A stretch of DNA of 64,000 bases. Source: an uncultured Spirochaetota bacterium. GTDB lineage: Bacteria; Spirochaetota; Spirochaetia; SZUA-6; Fen-1364. The DNA lies in contig CAWJSK010000023.1 in assembly GCA_963845535.1 (NCBI GenBank), positions 64,001-128,000 of the forward strand, written 5' to 3'. The position numbers and the translations under genes are program-made. Each line of letters opens with the position of its first letter. Position 1 is the stretch's first letter. Of the stretch, positions 57,675 through 64,000 are shown piece by piece. Below the pieces are notes generated by a model. That model was not told the origin of the DNA. It was given only the letters and a program-made list of their open reading frames with translations, and ran no database searches.

Positions 57675-60014
57675 CTAGAAAATCTTTTCTATGACCTCTT
57701 CCATCGTCGAGACCGGGTGGAATGTAATGCCCTCCCTGACGTTCTCAGGAATCTCATCCAGATCCCTCTGGTTCTGTGAGGGGTAGAGCACCTGCTTGAT
57801 CCTGTTGCGCCGGGCCGCAATCACCTTCTCCTTGAGGCCGCCAATGGGCAGCACCCGGCCGACGAGGGACAATTCCCCCGTCATGGCGAGCGACTTCTTG
57901 ATCTTCTTCCCCGTGGCCAGGGAAAGCAGCGCCGAGGCAAGCGTTATGCCCGCAGACGGGCCGTCCTTCGGGGTTGCTCCCGCGGGCACATGGAGGTGGA
58001 TAAGGTTCTTTTCCCAGAAGTCCGGGCTCACCCCGTGATCACAGGAGACGTGGCGGACAAAGGAGTAGGCAATGCTGGCTGACTCCTGCATCACTTCTCC
58101 GAGCTTCCCCGTCAGCTTGAAACCTTCCTTGCCGGCATTCGCCACCGCTTCGATTGCAAGGACGGCGCCGCCCAACGGCGTCCACGCCAGGCCTATTGCC
58201 ATGCCCGGCTTCGTGATCTGCGCCATCTCCTCATCCTCGAACACGGGCTTGCCCAGGTATTCGGTGAGGGATTCCTTCTTGATGGCCATGGGCAGCTTTG
58301 CCTCACCCGTCAGGATCTTGCGCGCGATCTTCCGGTGGATCTTGTCCAGCGCTTTCTCGAAGTTTCGCAGGCCCGCCTCACGCGCATAGCCGTCGGCAAT
58401 GGCCGCCAGTGAGCCGTTATCGTATTTCACCCCGTTTTTCGCCAAGCCGGAAGCTTCCAGCGACTTGGGGATGAGGTACGCGCGCGCAATGGCCACCTTC
58501 TCGCTGTCGATGTAGCCCGAGAGACGGATCACCTCCATGCGGTCCAGGAGCGGCGCGGGGATGGTGTCCAGCGTGTTGGCCGTCGTGATGAAGAGAATAT
58601 GGGAGGCATCGAAGGGCAAGTCCAGGTAATGGTCCCGGAACGCCACGTTCTGCTCTGGATCAAGGACCTCCAGGAGCGCGGAGGACGGATCACCCTGGTA
58701 CGACGCGCCGAGCTTGTCGATCTCATCGATCATGTAAACGGGATTGCGCGTTTTCACGATCTTGAGCCCCTGGATGATCTTGCCGGGCATTGCCCCGATA
58801 TACGTGCGCCGGTGACCTTTGATTTCCGCCTCGTCGCGCATGCCCCCCACGGAAAAGCGGAAGAACTTGCGCCCCAGGGCCCGTGCAATCGACTTCCCGA
58901 CAGACGTTTTTCCTACGCCCGGAGGTCCCACCAGGCAGACGATGGAGCCCTTGGAATCCTTTTTCAGCTTGCGCACGGAGAGATACTCGATGATCCTTTC
59001 CTTCACGTCGTTCAGGCCGTAGTGGTCCTCATCCAGGATTTTCCGGGCGTCATCGATGTCCAGCGTCTCTTTCGAGTCATCATTCCAGGGAAGGCTGATG
59101 ATCGTTTCCAGGTAATTTCGCGTCACAGTGAACTCGGGGGAGTTGGCGTCCATCAGCGAGAACTTTTCCAGCTCCTGCTCCACCTGTTCCTTCACCTCGC
59201 CCTGAAGGCCGAGCTTGTCCACCGCGTCCTTGAAGCGCTGGTATTCGCTGGTCTTTGCGTCCACTGCCATGCCAAGCTCGCTCTTGATGGCCTTGAGCTC
59301 TTCCTTCAGGAAGTATTCCCTCTGGCTCTTCGAAATTTTTTCGTTGAGCTGCTCCGTGATTTTTTTCTGGATCTTCATCAGCTCCTGTTCCTTCTTGATG
59401 AAGATCAGCACGTGCTCCATGCGCGCCTGCACGTTGGTCATCTCCAGGATTTTCTGCTGCTCGGCACGGTCGATGTTGAGGATCGACGTGATGAAGTCAG
59501 CGATTTTTCCGGGATGGTCGATGTTCACCATGGACAGCCGCATCTCCTCCGAGAAAAGCGGGTTGTTCTCCGAGACCTGCTTCATCTCGCTGATGAGCGC
59601 GCGCGTGAGGGCTTTCACCTCCGCGGAATCGAAGTTCTCATCCTCCAGGTACTGGGCCACGACGCTGATGGGCGCCGCCTGCTGCAGGACGCGTTTCACC
59701 TGGAAGCGCTTCTGAGTCGAGATGAAGATGTTGACGCCGCCGTCCGGGAGGTTGATGCGCCGTGCGATCTTGGCAACGGTCCCGACGGTGAAAAGATCAT
59801 CCGCGGCAGGGTTTTCGACGTCATCCGACTTCGCGAGAATGAGCCCCAGGAAGCTGTCCGCGGCAATGGCCTTCTCCACGGTGTCCGCGTCTCCCGTGGA
59901 AGGGAGCATCAGCGGCGTAAGGATGCCGGGGAAGATGGGCTTTCCCCGGATTGGGATGACAAACAGGCGCGCGGGCAGAATCTGGTCAGCTGGGACGATG
60001 TGATGGTCACTCAT
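57675..60014 (-). CDS. lon: Lon protease
   Basis: LON N domain, GPPGVGKTS, DEIDK, PKDGPSAG and IGGLKEK motifs. Confidence 0.97.
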   Translation of the reverse strand: MSDHHIVPADQILPARLFVIPIRGKPIFPGILTPLMLPSTGDADTVEKAIAADSFLGLILAKSDDVENPAADDLFTVGTVAKIARRINLPDGGVNIFISTQKRFQVKRVLQQAAPISVVAQYLEDENFDSAEVKALTRALISEMKQVSENNPLFSEEMRLSMVNIDHPGKIADFITSILNIDRAEQQKILEMTNVQARMEHVLIFIKKEQELMKIQKKITEQLNEKISKSQREYFLKEELKAIKSELGMAVDAKTSEYQRFKDAVDKLGLQGEVKEQVEQELEKFSLMDANSPEFTVTRNYLETIISLPWNDDSKETLDIDDARKILDEDHYGLNDVKERIIEYLSVRKLKKDSKGSIVCLVGPPGVGKTSVGKSIARALGRKFFRFSVGGMRDEAEIKGHRRTYIGAMPGKIIQGLKIVKTRNPVYMIDEIDKLGASYQGDPSSALLEVLDPEQNVAFRDHYLDLPFDASHILFITTANTLDTIPAPLLDRMEVIRLSGYIDSEKVAIARAYLIPKSLEASGLAKNGVKYDNGSLAAIADGYAREAGLRNFEKALDKIHRKIARKILTGEAKLPMAIKKESLTEYLGKPVFEDEEMAQITKPGMAIGLAWTPLGGAVLAIEAVANAGKEGFKLTGKLGEVMQESASIAYSFVRHVSCDHGVSPDFWEKNLIHLHVPAGATPKDGPSAGITLASALLSLATGKKIKKSLAMTGELSLVGRVLPIGGLKEKVIAARRNRIKQVLYPSQNQRDLDEIPENVREGITFHPVSTMEEVIEKIF

Positions 60015-60029
60015 TTGAGATGTCTCCGT

Positions 60030-60091
60030 TATTGGACTATTGGCCTAAGGAACTATTGCACAAACTTATGTATTGGACCCCGCCGGGTCAA
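60030..60091 (-). promoter_or_regulatory. lon promoter with octamer repeats
   Basis: Minus strand TTGACC-N17-TAAGTT; GTCCAATA-like units at 60071-78, 60054-61, 60038-45 and 60030-37. Confidence 0.6.
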
Positions 60092-60160
60092 GTCTGGACA
60101 GGGAAGGCGCGGTCTCACGCGCGTGAGAGACGCCGGGGGCGGTGGGCCCCCGGCAGAAGA

Positions 60161-62084
60161 TCACTGCGGTGTCGGGTTTGTCCTGCGGCCTCGGATTGAA
60201 GTCTATGGGAACGGGGTTCGGCAGGCTCCGGGCCTTGTCGACGGGTGTCACACCAATGTCCTTCAGGCCGTACCCGCTCTGTTGTGGCAGCACGTTCACG
60301 ACATCATCAGGAATGATGGCGTACTCCGCGGGGAGCGGCTGCGCTGCGCCAGAGAGGCGAGCCGGGTCGAACGCTGAGACGAGGTCGGTCACGCCGGCCG
60401 TGATGGCGTCGTCCGGTCCCCAATCGCTTCCCATGTCCTGCTCCCGCCCGGAAAGTTCATCAGGCAGCTTGGCAAGCGGCGTGAGCCCGAACAGGAGGTC
60501 CACGAGCTTGACCACTGAGCCATGGTCCCCGACGTCGCGCGCAATGTGGTGAACGCGCGCGTACGGTGAAATCACCATGAGCGGAACCCGCGGGCCGTCC
60601 GTGACCACGCTCTTGTCAGGCCCGTAGGAGCGGATGGGGGGCGGGACATGATCGTAGTCACCTTCCGAATCGTCCCACGTGATGATGATGGCGCACTGGC
60701 CCCAGTACTTGCTCCGCGCAATTGCGTTGACCGACTTGGCCACCAGCGCTTCGCTGATCTGCGCGTCTGAGTACGCGGGATGATCGTCATCTCCAAGGAA
60801 GTTTCTCTGGACCGCTGGGTCAGGGTCCGCGGGTTTCATCCCAAAGATGTTCAAGTAGCCGCCCTTGACGAAAAACACGCCGCCGTCGGCCGGCAGCGAA
60901 CCCTTGGTCACCGCCGTAAAAAAATCCTCCAGTCCGCGAAGGTTCGCGCTCATGTCCGGATTGTTGGCGATGTAGCCGAAATACTGCGGCCCGTTGTGGT
61001 GCGTAATGTACGACGCGTGCGTGCCGTTGGCATCTGTGGGACCCTGGTCCGGGTCGGTCGGCTCCTTGTCGTAGCCCTCCTCGTACCAGGCCCACGGTAT
61101 GGCTTTCTGCCCGTTCGATGCCAGGAAGGCGATATCGTCTCGAATATCCCCAAGGTCTCCCGGGCCGTCGCGATCCGCCGCTGTCTGGCCTTGAGCGTCT
61201 TTTCCCGCCAGGGAAAGAGGCAGCGTGGCGTAGGTCTGGTTGAGCTGGACCCCGTAGCCGGGGAAATCCTTCGGGTTGGCGGGCTGCTTCCCGTCAACGG
61301 TCTTGTCGTCAGGTGATCCCCAGTACGGGTAATTGTCGTTCAGGACCGGCTCTCCCTTTCCCTGGTTCCCGTTGCCCGTGTACTTCTGGTCGGGATGAAG
61401 AGCTTCCTGGGTCTGGCCGCTTTGGGCTGCGATTATTGCCAGGTTTCCCGGCGTGGAGGGTCCCACCATCGACTGGAAGATGTGGTCGAACAGCACGAAC
61501 CGATTCGCATATCGCCAAAGGAAGGGGACCGTGTCGCCGTCCATGTACGCCATGGTCAGCTCACCGAACTGCTTGGCCATGAGGGACGGCTTGTCTCCCT
61601 TGGTGTACTTCGCCTCTTCCGCCGTGGCGAACTTGTCCATCCCCGCGGCGCCGTTTACGACATCCATTTTCGCGGCCAAAAGGGCGTGAGAGTGATCTAC
61701 GTCGTCCGTGTCTGCCGCGAACTCCCTGGGGCCAATGCGGAAAGGCTGGATGCGGGAGAGCGACCCATCGACGTTGATAATGGCCTGGGAGAAACCAGGC
61801 GTCTGGTCCGCTGGATGGGAGTACAAACCCTCGGCACCGGGGAATGTCCCGAAGTACGAATCGAAGGAGCGGTTCTCCTGGTACAGCACGAACACGTACT
61901 TGACGTGCTGACGGAGCAACGAAACCAGTTGGTCCGTGGAGAGGGTCGGTTCCTGGTTTTCGGCAACGGCGTATTTCTGGACCGCCGGATCTCCGCCAGC
62001 GGCCACGGGCGCCGAGGTCGTGCACGCCGCCAGGGAGAGCGCAAGCGTAAGAGAGAAGGGAATGAGCAGGACGGGTTTTCTCAT
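60161..62084 (-). CDS. Phosphoesterase family (phospholipase C / acid phosphatase) lipoprotein
   Basis: AAGGAGG RBS, LAAC lipobox, QENRSFDSYFG, DDDHP, WDDSEGDYDHVPP and GPRVP motifs. The ORF as sequenced runs to 60066; the likely true end is RTNPTPQ* at 60161 after a 1-nt indel. Confidence 0.88.
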
Positions 62085-62106
62085 GATTTGCCTCCTTGCT
62101 CCGCGC

Positions 62107-62138
62107 AAAATAACGAAGGAAGGTTAATTGTCTGTTAA
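62107..62138 (-). promoter_or_regulatory. Putative PHO box and -10 upstream of the phosphoesterase
   Basis: Minus strand TTAACA-N5-TTAACC (11-bp period), then TATTTT. Confidence 0.55.
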
Positions 62139-62206
62139 GGCTTGCGGAAGAATGCGCCTTGCCACGTCCATTCATCTCAATTAGTATTGTGCGGAGCTTC
62201 GCCGAG

Positions 62207-62959
62207 ATGTACAGGAATGTCACTACCCGGGCAATCGTGATACGCCGCGAAAGGCTTGGCGAGTTCCATAAAAGCCTCGTCCTGCTGACCGCGGACATGG
62301 GGCTCGTTCGCGCGGTTGCCTACGGCGCCTACAGGATGAAAAGCCCACTGCGCATGGGAAGCGAACCGTTCACGGTTTCCGTGGCGCGATTGTACAACAA
62401 CCCCGTCAAGCAGAGTTACAAAGTCACGGAGCTGGAGGTCCGGCACACTTTTGATTCCCTGCTGAAGGATTTCTCACGCGTGGCCGCCGCTTCGCTCTGG
62501 GCGGAGGTCATCCTCAAATCATATGCCGCGGGAGAGACATCGGATGAGCTTTTTCAGCTTTTCCTCGGCGCCCTCCACCTCTTGGACACGGCGGAGACCC
62601 GTGCGGAGCCGTACGTGATGATCCAGTTCCTCTGGAGGTTTCTCTCCCTCGCCGGCTACCAGCCCGTTACCGACGCCTGCTGCCAGTGCGGCGCGCCGTT
62701 TCACGAAAAATCCGCGTCCTTCTCACCCGCCATTCACGGCTTCCTCTGCTCCAACTGCGTTCCGTCAAACGGCAGGTCCGTTCCGGCGGGCGCGTTGCGT
62801 TACCTCGCCGCAAGCGGGCAGCTTCCGCTCCCCAGCGCCGCGGGGATCACCCTCGACGCGGCGGCCCTCTCCGCCCTGCGCCACGCAATGCCGCTCATGG
62901 TGCAGGCCGTGCTGGAAGGGGAGCTTGTAACGCTTCGGTGCGCAGGGGCCGCCCTGTGA
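62207..62959 (+). CDS. recO: DNA repair protein RecO
   Basis: N-terminal OB fold (GE..K...LLT...G...AVAYGA); zinc finger C..CG...C..C; upstream TTGCCA-N17-TAGTAT promoter. Confidence 0.92.
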   Translation: MYRNVTTRAIVIRRERLGEFHKSLVLLTADMGLVRAVAYGAYRMKSPLRMGSEPFTVSVARLYNNPVKQSYKVTELEVRHTFDSLLKDFSRVAAASLWAEVILKSYAAGETSDELFQLFLGALHLLDTAETRAEPYVMIQFLWRFLSLAGYQPVTDACCQCGAPFHEKSASFSPAIHGFLCSNCVPSNGRSVPAGALRYLAASGQLPLPSAAGITLDAAALSALRHAMPLMVQAVLEGELVTLRCAGAAL

Positions 62960-63513
62960 GGGTCTTCGCGGCGCTGCCTCTTCCCGCGGAGGCAGTGGAT
63001 GCAGTTGCCCTCGTCCTCGGCCCCATCCGAAAAGAGTATCCTCAGTTGCGCTGGGTCTCCCAGTCCGCGTATCACCTGACGCTGCACTTTTTTGGCGAAG
63101 TGGAGGGAGAACCACTCGAAGCGCTTCGCCGCGTCTTCAGGGATCCGGGATTGAAAAGATCCCCGCTGGTTGCGAAACTGGGACCGCTGGGCCAGTTCCC
63201 CAACGGGGGGAGCCCGCGCGTGATCTGGGTGGGATTGCGGGAGGACAACGGAGCGCTTCAATCGTACTGGCAGCGTTTCGAGTCGGCGGTCTCTCCCTTG
63301 GGATGGGAGCCCGACAAGCGCGGATTCACGCCGCACGTCACTCTGGCGCGCAATCCGGGATCACGCGTCGCGCCGGGCTGGGATTCCGCCGCCCGCCTGC
63401 CGGAGGTTCCGTTTTCCGTCCGCGAATGCGTGCTGTTCCAATCCATACTCGGGCACGGCGGCGCCGAGTATGTTCCGCTTGAGAGAATAGGCTTCGACGG
63501 AGGCGCCGCGTGA
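62956..63513 (+). CDS. thpR: RNA 2',3'-cyclic phosphodiesterase (2H family)
   Basis: R.FAAL start; two HxT motifs (HLTLHF, HVTLAR); PRVIW. Confidence 0.9.
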   Translation: MRVFAALPLPAEAVDAVALVLGPIRKEYPQLRWVSQSAYHLTLHFFGEVEGEPLEALRRVFRDPGLKRSPLVAKLGPLGQFPNGGSPRVIWVGLREDNGALQSYWQRFESAVSPLGWEPDKRGFTPHVTLARNPGSRVAPGWDSAARLPEVPFSVRECVLFQSILGHGGAEYVPLERIGFDGGAA

Positions 63514-64000
63514 GAGTTGTGGACCTGATCATGAAGAAGCGGGACGGACGCGGCCTGGAGGAGGAGGAGATAGATTTCCTTGTCCAGGGATTCTCCCGCG
63601 GGGACATCCCTGACTACCAGATGTCAGCCCTGCTCATGGCAATCGTGCTGAAAGGCATGAGCCCCGCTGAGACCGCCCATCTCACCGAGGCCATGATTCG
63701 GTCCGGCGACGTGCTGGACCTTTCCGGCGTGCCCGGTCCGCTCGTGGACAAGCACTCCACCGGCGGAGTCGGAGACAAGATATCGCTCATCCTTGCCCCT
63801 GTGGTGGCGGCGTGCGGCGTTCGCGTTCCCATGATGAGCGGAAGGTCCCTCGGCCACACGGGAGGGACGCTGGACAAGCTCGAGTCCATAGCGGGCTACC
63901 GGACCGACCTTTCCCCTGAACGCTTTCGCCAGGGTCTTTCACAGGTCGGCTTTGCGATGATCGGCCAGAGTGAGAAGGTTGTTCCGGCCGACCGGCGGAT
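63510..64000 (+). CDS. pdp: Pyrimidine-nucleoside / thymidine phosphorylase, 5' part
   Basis: VDLIMKKRDG, IPDYQMSALLMA, DKHSTGGVGDK and SGRSLGHTGGTLDKLES motifs; runs off the window. Confidence 0.93.
   Translation, partial: MRVVDLIMKKRDGRGLEEEEIDFLVQGFSRGDIPDYQMSALLMAIVLKGMSPAETAHLTEAMIRSGDVLDLSGVPGPLVDKHSTGGVGDKISLILAPVVAACGVRVPMMSGRSLGHTGGTLDKLESIAGYRTDLSPERFRQGLSQVGFAMIGQSEKVVPADRR

Overview
This is a GC-rich, gene-dense chromosomal window, most likely from a spirochaete. That call is an inference from gene order (prfB-PEGA-ftsY-lolCDE, DUF212-rnf-GH57, paired maf genes) and a sigma28-type promoter. It is mostly housekeeping: prfB with its programmed +1 frameshift, ftsY, lolCDE, mcsA-mcsB-clpC, efp-epmA, rnz, panE/panB, tsaC, lon, recO, thpR and pdp. 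I saw no rRNA, tRNA, IS element or CRISPR array. About six genes are split by single-base indels, mostly in short C/G runs; these are probably sequencing errors. Best candidates for undescribed biology: (1) an inserted three-gene module of ICMT/PEMT-like methyltransferase, GH3-family amido ligase and 7TM-GAF-PAS hybrid kinase that looks like a signal synthase plus receptor; (2) a solo Cas2-like gene leading the prfB operon; (3) a GNAT-GH20 hexosaminidase fusion echoing O-GlcNAcase architecture; (4) an Rnf cluster lacking RnfG, RnfB and the RnfD flavinylation Thr; (5) a panE-M20-LIV ABC-P1 hydrolase-panB cluster with a triple operator-like repeat; (6) degenerate McsB and LeuA homologues; (7) several unannotated regulatory motifs. 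All family assignments are from motif recognition by eye, not database searches.
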